A stretch of DNA of 58,988 nt, filler included, from Dirinaria sp. TL-2023a (GCA_051941275.1; 5 parts of 5 records of this genome joined end to end with filler, not necessarily neighbours in it), one strand, 5' to 3'; positions 1 through 11,746 are shown, numbered from the whole stretch's first letter. The notes: generated from the letters alone by a model not told the origin. Made by a program: numbers and translations.

Positions 1-1025
1 ATCTCATACGGCATACCCCTGAACCAACCCTCCCCCAGCCCGCGAGCAATGAACCGAAACATGGCGTGCGCAAACTCCTGGTTCCCGACTTTCGTGCCGG
101 GGACTTTCTTCTGCCAGGAATCGAGGGCGTCGGTGCCTTTATGCGCGCCGCCGACGAACGTGGTGGACTTGGTGATGGAGGGTGGGATCTCGGCGTAGTC
201 TTTGAAGGGTTGGATGAGGGTGATTTGGCCCGTCGAGTGGTCGAGGACGGAGGGGGAGCAGATGTTCTGGTAGCTGTTGTGCTCGCTGATGCAGTCGAAG
301 GCGTACTCGATTTTACCTTTGCTCTGGGCTGCCTCTTGCAGGTTCGAGACGAGTTTTTCGTTGCCGACGCGGTAGTCGAGCGCTATGTCCCCCTTGGAGG
401 CGTCGAGGTAGGATTCCACGTGTGGAATGCCTTTGCCAGCTACGGCGATGATAGGGTGGATGTTGGAAAGCGAGGCCAATTGGATGGCATAGGTACCGAC
501 TGCAGAGGCACCGCCGTAGATTATGAGGGGTATAGGCGTGCTTGTTGGGTGCCAGGGGAGGGGGAGGTTCAGCTTTTGGTAGAGGCCGAAAGCGGCGGTC
601 ATGGCAGCTAGAGGTAGGGTGGCGCCCTCTGTTCATTACGGTCGGCATTAGCACGGTGGATCTCATGTGAGCAGGCGTGATTTCTTTTGCCCACCTTCGA
701 AAGAGGTCTGTTTGGGAAGATGGAAGGTAGTGTGCGCCTCCGCGACAGCATACTCCGCAAAGCTACCATGCGGAGCCATCATTTGGTGGAAAGCCGCAAC
801 GCGGTCTCCAGGCTTGAACTCCACGACATTGGAGCCGACCGTATGGACAACGCCAGCGATGTCGTCGCCAGTATTAAGCTCATCGCCTGCTTCGGCACGT
901 TTCCAATCTTTGGGATTGGAGCCGGAAAGGACAACTTTGATCGCCACTTGACTCTCGCCTGGGACTGGAATGGGTGAATCAATTATAGAGACTTTGGGCC
1001 CTTTGGAAACGATCGCTTCTTTCAT
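1..1025 (-). CDS. Zinc-independent MDR-family oxidoreductase (enoyl-reductase/quinone oxidoreductase-like), 3' end runs off the window
   Basis: Exon 1 (1025-695) MKEAIVSKGPKV..SGSNPKDWK..GDDIAGVV..VGSNVVEFKPGDRVAAFH..GSFAEYA. Intron 694-629 (GTGGGC..GCTAAT..CAG). Exon 2 reads EGATLPLAAMTAA..LIIYGGASAVGTYAIQLA (NADPH-binding motif) and stays open to base 1. Confidence 0.9.
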
Positions 1026-1747
1026 TTTGATGGACGGAAATCGAGGAATGGGCGGATTTTTGGTGGAGAGCTATTACTGAGGTAAGAGATTCTTTATACC
1101 ACCAATGATTGTATTGAGACACTATTAGGAGCGAGTAGTGAGAATGCAAATTGCAAAAATAACGAGGGGAAAGGCGCCTTTAGATTTCGTGATTCCGTGA
1201 TTTCAAAGCTGTAGGATCTCCATGTGGGGTTGCTGCAGATGCCGTGTACCTTAACGCATGGCATGCCGGCAACCATACCGGGCTAAGTAAAGCGTACATT
1301 GACTTGGAGATCGCTAGCAGGATCGCCGTCGCCATTATTGTAGCCCCTAGACAAGCGTAAGGATGTTAGAACATCGGAGGACTTCGGTTCAGACGAATCA
1401 ACATAGAACGTAATGGTTCGACTTGACGCACCTCGATTCAGCTTCCAATACCTCCATGCAAAGCTATGCGAAATGAGCCATGCTTTCGATCCGATATGCG
1501 ACTTTTACAAGATGTTTCTCGATGGGAACTTCCAGTCGTCACACACAAGCAGACTTCTTCTACCGCCAGGGGTCGCTTTTGTGCTCAAGCCCACGATCTG
1601 TATCTGCTACAATGGGGATTTTCTTTTATTGACGGCAAGCCATAGCTGTAAACAATCAAATTTTGAAGGAGCTTTTTGCGAAGTGATGATGTGAACATTA
1701 TCCGTATACTGGGACACCAGTTCTGTGATATAAGGCATACAGTACGG

Positions 1748-2709
1748 TCATTTCTGCCGTATTTGCTTTGGCTTGCGCTTTTTAAACACTATGCCGGCTG
1801 AAGGTTCTTCAGTATTTCTCGAGGGTTCTTCATGAGCCGGATGAACAGCCAACGGAGAGTCGGAAGCTTCGCTCTTGACGTGAGGCATCGCGGGCAACAA
1901 TCCATGGTCGGCGCTTGCAACAGGATTCGCATGGTCTGCAGAAGCATCAGCTAACTTTGTAATTGGCGATGGTTGTGATTCTGCCGTATTTGGACTCGTC
2001 TTGCTGCCGGCGAGTAGTGCATCCAGATCCACGTCTTCATGCGTCCCCGGATATGTCCGGGTAGTCGAGCCCCATCCCTTCTTGGCCACTCGCTCACCGG
2101 CCTCTTCTTCCTCCTCTTGACCCTCGTGTTTACGTTTTCGTACGCCAATATTGACTGTTGCGGGCCCGATGTCTGCTGGCGAAGGTTTGACGTCTTTCCC
2201 ATCTTCCTCTTTCTTGACGTCCTCATGCACTAAACCCTCCGACACGGTCTGCCAATCTCCAGCCATGGCCATCTCGCGCCGGAAGTCTTCCGGAACAGCT
2301 ACACCCATGGCAGCCAGTTGCGCGAGCTGCTGCTTTCTTTCCGCCTGCGTGGCTTGCCTTGCTCCATTTGGGATCGACGGTATAGCAGTCTTTCGCTGCC
2401 ATGGCGGTCTGTTACTGTCCGATGCTGATGGGCTTCCAGACACAACACCGTTCAGCCTATCGACTTCGTCTTTTGCTCGCTGCTTGTCTCTTTCTTCCCG
2501 CTCGTTGCCCCTATGTAAGTCTCGTATGAAGCGCCTGATGTTGCCTTGATGCTTGGGGGTTGCCTCGTGATTGGTTCGTTCAGGTTTGGTGTCACGGACG
2601 AAGGTTTTGCAGTGCTTGCACCAGTATTTTGGCTATAAAAATCAGTCATCAATGGTGAACTGCAGGTGAGCTGTATGAAACGTACAGTAGACTTCCAATA
2701 CTCAGACAT
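1748..2709 (-). CDS. U1/matrin-type C2H2 zinc-finger protein (WBP4/FBP21-like spliceosomal factor)
   Basis: Exon 1 2709-2686 (MSEYWKST), intron 2685-2633 (GTACGT..TAG), exon 2 PKYWCKHCKTFVRD..NHEATPKHQGNIRRFIRDLHR, continuing into ORF 1748-2443 and ending IVFKKRKPKQIRQK. Confidence 0.85.
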
Positions 2710-2841
2710 GGTTAGCAAATTCAGGGATTGAGATGATAAAGTTGGAGTTATGCAGGTACTTGATTGTCGGGTTCTTAGGTAGGACATCAAGGGACGGAAG
2801 GGTGCTTACTGCTTAGGAATGTCCTGATTGATACTCGTTCT

Positions 2842-2885
2842 TTTCTTTCAGGTTTCTTTCAGGTTTCTTTCAATTTTCTTTCAAT
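2842..2885 (+). repeat. 11-bp tandem repeat, 4 copies (TTTCTTTCAGG x2, TTTCTTTCAAT x2) in the divergent promoter
   Basis: Read directly from the sequence. Confidence 0.8.
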
Positions 2886-3162
2886 ACCTGATGTCATGGT
2901 CAGGGTTAGGGTTGCAAGGCCAGGGAAGGTGCAAGCGCCAAGCGCGCATTTAATAGAAGGCCTCGAAGGCGTCACAAGGCGATTCTTCGGTTCCAGCCGC
3001 AGATCCAGATCTCAACTTTCTTTTCAACCAAATTTCAACTTCTAAACAATCCAATCTGAATCCTCGTCCGAGAAAGTCTTGCCCATTGGTGAGCTTTCCT
3101 AACTACAGCTGAACCCAATGTAAAGCAATCCTGTATCTTCGACTGTCGACTTTGCAACGAGT

Positions 3163-4497
3163 ATGGAAATCTCCGCTGTACGCGGAGCGTCAGCTTCACT
3201 GCGACATTCGTACTGCTCAACGCCCGCACGATTTGCCTCGAGAGCCTCTCAAGCGCCTAAAACCATTCCTTTCATAAACAGATCATTACTGAGAAGTCTC
3301 GGGACAAATTCGTATCTTGCCGCTCCTCCAGGATCGCTGCTCAGCAGCGGTTCCGGTTCCAATGCCGGCTCCTCTCCAGCCTCTTACTTCCCTCGTCCCT
3401 CTCTGCCCGCAAATACCATCATTCGCTTCGTGCCTCAGCAGACGGCATGGATAGTCGAACGGATGGGGAAGTTCAACCGCATATTGGAACCCGGTCTAGC
3501 CATTCTCGTACCATTTCTCGATCGGATAGCATATGTTAAGAGCCTGAAAGAGGCGGCCATGGAAATTCCGTCGCAAAGTGCCATTACGGCCGATAACGTC
3601 ACTTTGGAGCTTGACGGGGTTCTTTACACAAGGGTTATAGATGCGTACCGAGCGAGGTAGGCCTTTTTTCTTACCCAAGACACAAAAGCTCAGCTGATAA
3701 TTTGAGGTAGCTACGGGGTCGAAGACGCCGAGTACGCCATCTCCCAACTCGCTCAAACAACGATGCGTTCAGAAATCGGTCGACTCACACTCGATCACGT
3801 CCTACGGGAGCGAGCAGCTCTGAATACGAACATCACCGAAGCAATCAATGAAGCAGCCCGCGATTGGGGCGTCGTGTGCCTAAGGTACGAGATTCGGGAT
3901 ATCCACGCTCCGGAAGGCGTCGTGGCCGCTATGCACCGACAGGTGACGGCAGAGCGGAGCAAGAGAGCCGAGATCTTAGATAGCGAAGGGCAGCGGCAAA
4001 GCGCCATCAACATCGCCGAAGGCCGGAAACAAAGTGTCATCCTTGCCTCAGAGGCATTGAAATCAGAACAAGTAAACATCGCGAGCGGCGAAGCAGAAGC
4101 GATCCTGGTGCGAGCCAAGGCCACGGCGAAGGGCATCGACGCCGTCGCACAGAGCATCAGAGACGGCAAAGAAAGCGCCCACGGCGCCGTCAGCCTGAAC
4201 GTCGCCGAGAAATACGTCGAAGCATTTGGAAGACTCGCTAAGGAGGGCACCGCAGTCGTGGTCCCCGGCAACGTGGGGGACATGGGCGGCATGATAGCCA
4301 GTGCAATGGCCGTGTACGGGAAAGTAAGCGAAGGCCAAAAGAAGGGCGCTGCCGGCTTCCAGGAACGCGATGATACGAAAGTTCTCGAGACCGGGGGAGA
4401 CCAGGCGGCCGCGGAAGCGGATGCGTCGGTGGGAAAGACGGATGAAGTGGCGAAGAGCGTCTTGCAAGGGTTTGAGGAGACGAGGAAGAAGAGGTAG
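3163..4497 (+). CDS. Stomatin-like SPFH/Band-7 protein (SLP-2 type, probably mitochondrial)
   Basis: IRFVPQQTAWIVERMGKFNRILEPGLAILVPFLDRIAYV..SAITADNVTLELDGVLY; intron 3657-3710; SYGVEDAEYAISQLAQTTMRSEIG..WGVVCLRYEIRDI..AERSKRAEILDSEG. Arg/Ser-rich N-terminus resembles a presequence. Confidence 0.93.
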
Positions 4498-6268
4498 TTC
4501 TGGCTCGCTGGCTGGCTGCAAAATCCCGCGGACTGTAGGAATTATATTATTCAGTTGTATTCCACTCATCGATATTTTTAGGCATGGTTTGGAGGTTGGG
4601 GGGGGGCGAGGATTTGTAGATTCAGGACATCACTACTTCACTTCAAAAAGCTGTATGGTTTTAAAGCTACGATGATTCCCAGATACTCGATATTTTTCTT
4701 CTTTTTTTTTCTTTATGTACATGTAAGATTTCCCATATTTGACGTGTGTGTGCGAAATCTTGACAGCGTAAGATGGGATAAAAAACCTGCCCTCCCTCTC
4801 TGGGTCGCTCACACCCTTTTATTCCGATTTGGTTTCAGTTCTATGATATACACATGTCCACGTTCTCAGATGAAGAAATTAAAAACATCGCCGACAAAGT
4901 CAAATAATAATACGCTGGGGAAAATGAGATTATGTTTTGTTTGGTTTGCATTTCTCGTCCTCTCATTTCAAGTCTCTTTCAGGAGAGGTGGTTGCACGGA
5001 TAGATATTTATATATTGAGATAGATTTGTGGGTTTTCAAATAGGACGATTTTTCTGAGGTGATGGTTATTCGTGTGCGCTGGCTCTTCAGTCAGAACTGT
5101 TTTCCACAGCGCTCATGGTGCTGGCACGGAGGCTATTCATATCATCCTTCCAAACGCAGTTTGCGATTCCAGCTCGTCAATCATCGATCCCCATAGCGAC
5201 ATCAGAGACCCTAGCTTACATCCGCTTTGAAACAGCGCTTGATGGTTGATGCAGTAAGATACATGTAGGTAGCAAGATTCGTGCTTAGAAGCGATGAGAG
5301 AGAGAGGGATTGGAATACCTTTTTACAGTGGCTATTACTAACTATCATTAAACATAAGGACGCAAACGTCCACACGGCATGGGGCTTCGCTAATTAAATC
5401 TCTTGTGGTAGAATGAGTTAGTTGATTCGATGTCGAACAATGGATCGTCTTTTAATTCAGTGATTTTGAAAACTTATTGAATATCGTGTACGTTGTCGAG
5501 TAGTAGTCTTGAACAATGTTGTTGAAGATACCTGGAACTCCTTATCTTATGATAAGTATTCAACAGCTGTGTTTCACGCTTTGCTGTCCCTCTTTTTCTG
5601 TGCGATCGTTGAATGTATTGGCTAATGCTACCTACAACAATTTTGTCACGAGGATGCGATATAGTACGTCTTTTTCGTGCAGGACTTCGGCTCGTACACA
5701 AGATCAGACCTATATTTTTACTTGGTGTTCAGTACAATTTTGGGCTGAGAAATTGAAGTACTTTTGATGAGAGTTCAAGATGTTTTCAATCTAGCCGATT
5801 CCCTACATTTTGAGGTCCTATTCCAATTTAAGCATTGGGCACTTTTTAGTATGTCAATTGTTTGTCGAGTATGCAATCTTGACGAAATGAGTTTCATAGG
5901 TTCAACTGACGACATCGAAATCGCCAAAACGAATAAGGGTATTAACGCCCTAACGCGGGAACGGCAAGCTTGCTGTCTGGGACAAAAAGTCTGAGAAAGC
6001 TTCATCGATAGAGCTAGGATTGACGATTGCTGATGACCAGCGAGCGATATCACCAGTAAGGTCGGGCTGGAGCGGTATTTACCATGGCAGGGCTAAGACC
6101 AGGTCCGAAATCTTCAGGGTGATCATCTAGTAGCCAACAATTACTTTTCATTGTGGCTGATCCGATCGTGAAGGTGCTTGGCCAATGGAACAAAATCACA
6201 TCAGCATGAGTTCGCACGTCTGATCATACTAATCTGAATGAATGTGCGATTAGACTTACAGTTGTACC

Positions 6269-7317
6269 CTAAGCTAAGAACGTCTTGAGCATTTCCGGGT
6301 CGTTGATGTTTCCATTGAATTGGCGACTGAAGCCTCGCGCCGTAACATCTTTGTATCGATGTTTGGATGATAGTCCCGATCGTTCCCGACCCGACGCGTC
6401 TCCGTTCATCTGCCATGCAGTGCATTCAGAAGAATTCTTCTCGTAGGAATGATGGTAATTCCACGGCGTGGGTTTGTCGTTAGTGTCATCTTCATATTCT
6501 CTGGCTTCGTTCGGCGTCTTGTCCTTTCCATATGTTATTGACACTTACAGCGCGGCAGATTAGCTCTATTATATCAGTAAATTGGTGCTCGAGGTTACCC
6601 TTTTGCGGATTTGAGGTCACCTCGTCCTTGACACTTAGACCCTTGACTTGATCCCTGAGCATTGATTCTGTCTCAGATCTCTGTTTGGGCTTTTCATTGG
6701 AACTTGTCTGAAATCGTTTACTTGCCTGTGATAAGCAGGTTAACCAGTGACACTAAAATTTACGAAGATAGGGCGCCTCAACGCTAGACTTACAGAGCTC
6801 TCAATATCCACCACCTGTAACTTCTGGGAGTCCTGCCTCTCAGGCATCTTGGCCACATGTCCGGTCACAAGCTTGCCGACACCACCTTGGATATCACCCA
6901 GGAGATCCATGTGTACCAAGGATATGCATAAAAGAAGACTGCTTTTCTCCTTCTCAAGCTGGTCAAGCTTTGCAAGAATCTCGTTTTCTTTGCTAGACCT
7001 CAAGGCTTTTCAACGATTCCGTATAGATCCACCAGTCTAGTCAAATGTGACCTAATTGATATTGCTGACAAGCTCTTGGCCAGTTCAAGTGTGCTCCTAA
7101 CCTGCGTCTTGAGATTGGTTGTCTGAAGCGAGTAATGTTGTTCAATGAGCCGTGCGGTGTCTGCGAGGTGTACCACGTGCTCTACACGCCGTTGGATCCT
7201 TCGGGGCGCGGCTCGAAAGCGTCGACAGATCTCGGAGATAGATTCTGAGATTTTGAGGCTATACAAGATTAACTGCGAGGCGCTTGCCAAAAGCCCCACA
7301 ACTTCGATTCCAGATAT
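6269..7317 (-). pseudogene. Disrupted HeLo-like/SesA-type effector gene with C-terminal two-repeat HET-s-related amyloid motif
   Basis: Begins (ATA)SGIEVVGLLASASQLILYSLKI, with ATA in place of ATG at 7315-7317. Frameshift near 7055-7062; stops at 7052-7054, 7037-7039 and 7010-7012. Then KENEILAKLDQLEKEKSSLLLCIS. Introns 6793-6726 (GTAAGT..CAG) and 6598-6544 (GTAACC..GCTAAT..AAG) keep frame into a last exon containing HSYEKNSSECTAWQMNGD and HRYKDVTARGFSRQFNGN. Confidence 0.75.
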
Positions 7318-8030
7318 GATGTTTAGACTTTGGGTTCAGCCGCGCAATGAAGAGTGATCGATATTTGGCGTTTTCAACCCTCGTCTTTGCATGATCGACT
7401 TGGGCCAATGGCTCCAGCAACCTGCAGGCAGGGTTCCCTGCATGATCTCGGCCAATCTTAATGCTCATGCATTGTAAAACATGTTGACACTGATTGCTTC
7501 CGTTGGTAATTCCTCTAGAAGAGCTTTCGGACAATATAAACGATCATATACAGCAATAATCACCCGCCAACTGTGGGGTTCCACTTTTGGCGCAGTTTTC
7601 GCTGTTCGACAAGAATCAACTATACGAGCATATTGAATATCAGGTACAGAACTTGAAATCTTCTTATAAGGATACAGAGTGGTAGCATATCCTTTATGGC
7701 TTCTGCCATTACATTGATTGCCGTGTGACAAGGCTACTGCAAGCGCAGAGGTTTGCGTTTGAAAAGCACCGAAACCCTACTGCCATACCTGACTTGAGAT
7801 CTAGAAGAACCCAGCAAGCCATGGTTTCCATGCATCCTTGTTGGTAAAAATTGAATCGATAAATCCTGACCGTTACTTAGTCCCAAAGAATGTAGCACTG
7901 TGGACTTTATGGAAGGGCGTACATTCTGGGTATGGAGGTTGACTCGATAATTGTGCTCTCTTGTCCTAGCTATATCGGAGTCGAACTTTGATCGGTGGCG
8001 GGAACAGCGCTCCGGATTTTTTCGAGCACT

Positions 8031-9722
8031 TCATGATTCCCTGCGCCAAATTTCTTTTGTAAAGGTTTCTGCTGCTGGGAATGTGTTTTCAATCACCCAG
8101 TAAAGCCGGTCGACATGACCATTTAGTGCCAGGCCAAATTGAAAAAGGTAAAAATTAAGAGGATAGTTCACCATCATTCTTGCACGTCTCGCAGCTTCGT
8201 CATGCGTCATCAGCCAGATGAATGTGTCATAGTGGTAATGGCGTAGTGGATGGGACTGAGATTTTCTTCCCTGAAATGCTAGATGCAGACCATCTGCCTG
8301 CTGTGTGACCTCTACAAAGAAAGTTTTAATTGGATTAAAATAACGGCCAACGTATTGTCCAAGGTCCAAACTAGGTCTTGTATTCTCCACTCTTTCGGAA
8401 CTCAGTTTGGAGGCCATCGATGGCACCAGAGCAAGCATCCTCTTGGCACTGCCTTGCGCCAGCTGGATGAAATCGTTCCGTTGTGGGACGTCGAAGACAG
8501 TCTCCACAAGTAGTTGCGAAATCCAGTCCGGGCAGTCGTTCAGCGCAACCGCACTCTGCAGAACGACGATCGCCGTCATTCTTTCCGGAAAAGTATAGAC
8601 GTTGGTCGTGGATCCTGGCATAAGGCCCTCGTGATAAAGACGGAGGCGTGATGTGCCACCAACCCCCACAGTCGGCAGATCCATCTGTAGCCTACCATTG
8701 ATTCCGAGCTTTCCAAGCACGCCAGGCAGCTGGCAGCGTACCCAGCCAAGGCCATAGGCGTGCTCTCTAAGCGTGCTCCCTTCCATGGAGTTGTGAGCTT
8801 TGATCAATGTGGGACACTGTTTGAATGGAGAACCATCAGTACATGTTGACTGTAGCTGAATTTGCGTGTTACATGTCTCCATGAAGACTTGATAGAGATG
8901 AAGAAGATCGTTGACGGTGCTTTTGACGCCGGCAGCTCCCTCGAGCGCTGTCTCCGACTTGACTTTTGGCGGCGGAACAGGATAGAGCTCCCTGTCCTCC
9001 AGCACACAATAGCTTACGCCAAAATTGTCGTCATTTGAGACATCATCCGTTGTGGTTCGCTCTAGATGTAATGGATCGAATATCTTAGTCCTCAGATAGC
9101 AGCCAAACTCCATACCCGAAAGCTTTTCCACCACGAGGCCAGCTACACCATACCCAAAGTTGCTGTATATGAAAGAAGCTCGAAAAAACCCTTCTTGGTT
9201 TGCATAGTTGAATGTCTCAATTTCTTGACCCCTTCGGAGAAGAACTTCGTTATAGTCCTGGAAAAAGAATGTATCAGGAGAGATCACTCCAGAGCGATGG
9301 GATAATAGGTCCACTATAGTCATCTTTCTCCCAATTTCGCCGTGACCCTTCCCAAAGTCTGGGAGAATCGTATGCACTGGTGTGTCCCAACGCAAGAGGC
9401 CATCTTCAACTAGAACACCTACCGCGGCAGCAGTCAAAGCCTTAGTCATGGAGTTGATGCTGTACAAGGTATCGGAACCTGGGGGTGTCTTGGCAGCAAT
9501 ATCGCGGTAACCATAGTTGACTTTGTGGATAACCTCGCCATGATGAAGCACCCCTATTGATAAGCCTGGGCTGCAAGATATTTCACAGATCTGATTGATT
9601 ATAGGTTCGAGACCTCCAAGCCTTTCGGAGACCTTGCGCAAAACTTGTGTCGACTGCCTGTAAGATGTCAGAGGGTATTTTGGCAAGCTGTGGCCATTGC
9701 GTTCGAAATAATGAACATACAT
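8031..9722 (-). CDS. Beta-lactamase/AmpC-family serine hydrolase with C-terminal DUF3471-like domain
   Basis: SxxK (NSMTK), LLSHRSG, YxN (YSNFGY), YGLGW and HEG motifs; C-terminal YVGRYFN..LRHYHYDTF. First ATG at 9722; probable 63-nt intron 9720-9658. Confidence 0.9.
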   Translation of the reverse strand: MYVHYFERNGHSLPKYPLTSYRQSTQVLRKVSERLGGLEPIINQICEISCSPGLSIGVLHHGEVIHKVNYGYRDIAAKTPPGSDTLYSINSMTKALTAAAVGVLVEDGLLRWDTPVHTILPDFGKGHGEIGRKMTIVDLLSHRSGVISPDTFFFQDYNEVLLRRGQEIETFNYANQEGFFRASFIYSNFGYGVAGLVVEKLSGMEFGCYLRTKIFDPLHLERTTTDDVSNDDNFGVSYCVLEDRELYPVPPPKVKSETALEGAAGVKSTVNDLLHLYQVFMETCNTQIQLQSTCTDGSPFKQCPTLIKAHNSMEGSTLREHAYGLGWVRCQLPGVLGKLGINGRLQMDLPTVGVGGTSRLRLYHEGLMPGSTTNVYTFPERMTAIVVLQSAVALNDCPDWISQLLVETVFDVPQRNDFIQLAQGSAKRMLALVPSMASKLSSERVENTRPSLDLGQYVGRYFNPIKTFFVEVTQQADGLHLAFQGRKSQSHPLRHYHYDTFIWLMTHDEAARRARMMVNYPLNFYLFQFGLALNGHVDRLYWVIENTFPAAETFTKEIWRRES

Positions 9723-11436
9723 GAAGCTTTGTCTGATGCTACCCACGATGCTAGATGGTATTTGGTTTTCAGAAAGCAAGGATATGGAGTAGATGTATGA
9801 TGCAAGATTGTATTGACTTAGAGACCATCGAGTAAAGAGTCACGAACCTTTGTAAATGATCTGTGTTTGCCCGCTAGCATGCGGCTATACAGCATCCTTA
9901 CTCGTATTCACCCCTTTTCTTGTTTCACCTACTTTCTTATCAGGGTCAGGATTACAGAAAATATCCTCGGCTATTGCTGCTCCTAACATTGGGGACCTTT
10001 GAAACGCTTCACCAAACTGAACTGGATTCACCAGGTTCCATTTTGAAAGGCAGATTGACTTCTCTCATCCTCAAGCAATACACTTAGAAACCTCAACGGC
10101 GTGTACGGTAATCAAGGTCACGGAAAGTCATTGTGGACAGCGGACCAGATTAGTATGTGGAGCCTTGGACTTAACAGTTGCGTTCAGAGTAAAGTAAAAA
10201 CCGATGGACGGTGCATCGAGCACATAGGACGCTAGGATACCTTACTCCTTGTGAGAAGAGGTACCCGATATGCCTCGATGGGCTGGACGTGCCCAATGAG
10301 CTTCCTGACGTGGCGGTATTAAGTACTTAGGTTCTTTGGCGAATACTTGCTAATCAACCTGACCCAACATGCACGAACTGGCCGCCTTCATTCATTTGCA
10401 GGTAACCTAGCCATGCAATCACACCCATGGATGGTGTGGAGGTAAATGTTGGTAATCTTTTCTTCCATGTTACGGTGTTTCAAATATTTCCAATAGAATA
10501 CGCTATTCTGGGTGGGCTTGACCATGAAGTCGGTGTTGGAAAGTACCTAAGCAGTGGGAGGCTGCAAAGTAGCATGAATTTTAGCATAAAAGGGGGAAAA
10601 ACTACTCAGGTTTTTAAAATACATGTGAAACTAGCGGCTTGACTAGTCGGGCCGAACCCCGACTAAGCCCTGGTACCGATGATTTCAACCATTTGCCGAA
10701 ATAGTCCCATCGTGAACAACGTGAAAATAATCATCTCGAGAAGACCCACAAACGATCTACAGCCGTACAGCGAGAACCACAGGCTGCTAAAGCTCTCGAG
10801 CACAGCTCGCGAGTCAAAAAGGCCTTCCATAACGAGGGAAAAAATCTTGGAAGCCCAAAGTTACACTTCGATGAAGCTCTAAAGGGTGCTACAATGCTTG
10901 AAAGTCAGCCGTATCAAAGTCGGCAATATTTCCCTCGCGCTGGACGCCAGATGTCGAGGGTTCAAACCACTGACTCAGTCCGGTAAAGCAAATGCTATGA
11001 GCAAGAATGCGAACGAGATTATAGAACTCATCTCCGGATTCTCTAGACTCAACACATCAGCTGGGAGCATTGATACGCACTACGGCGTTTCGCTGATGAG
11101 AGTAATTTGCATTCAAGCATCGCAAGCTACACGAGCGCACAGATCAAAACCGCTGAGCCATACTGGATTATGGAAATATAATATTGCTCGCACGCTCTTC
11201 TAGCCGTAGATAGAGCTCAGACTCTTCTCAAGCAATCGCCTTCCCTTCCTATCCAAGGTATACTCAGGAGGTAGCCAACCCTTGCCCCCACCCTAGGACA
11301 CGCAGCAAGCAAGCAAGCAACCCATCTCAAAAAAAAGAAAAAAAGCCCCCTCAAAACCAAAACCTCGCAAACTCAACATCCCACCTTGTCTTCCTCAACC
11401 CTTGCCCCCCCTTTTCTCCTTCCATTCCATTTCCTA

Positions 11437-11746
11437 TCACCGAGTCACCTTCCTAACCCCTGTCGTCCCCGTCCTCCTAGGCGCCGTACACGCGGAAGAA
11501 CGGTACTCGCTCGTCATGCGTTCCAACCTCCTCCTCGACTCTTCCATTCCCTGTTCATGTCTCTCTGCCTCCTCATCATGCTCATCCCGCTGGCGGGATT
11601 CACTGCTCGATTCACGTTGGTCTGAAAAACGGGTTTGTGTTTGGGAGGAGGAGTTGGAGGAGGACACGTGATCGCGGAGACAAGTAGGGCAGTAGCGGGT
11701 TGAGAAGGAGAAGGGGGGGTCGGTGAAGGTGTATGTTGGGAGCGGG
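11437..11746 (-). CDS. Possible 3' end of an unidentified gene cut by the contig end
   Basis: Frame is open from the spacer: PLPTYTFTDPPFSFSTRYCPTCLRDHVSSSN..EESRRRLERM..*; GC-rich, coding-like. No family recognised. Confidence 0.35.

Noticed and set aside
2899..2914. Telomere-like GGTCAGGGTTAGGGTT
   Set aside because: Only about two units in a promoter; not a telomeric array.
10905..10985. tRNA-like GGTTCAAAC segment
   Set aside because: No acceptor stem, D-arm or anticodon arm could be formed.
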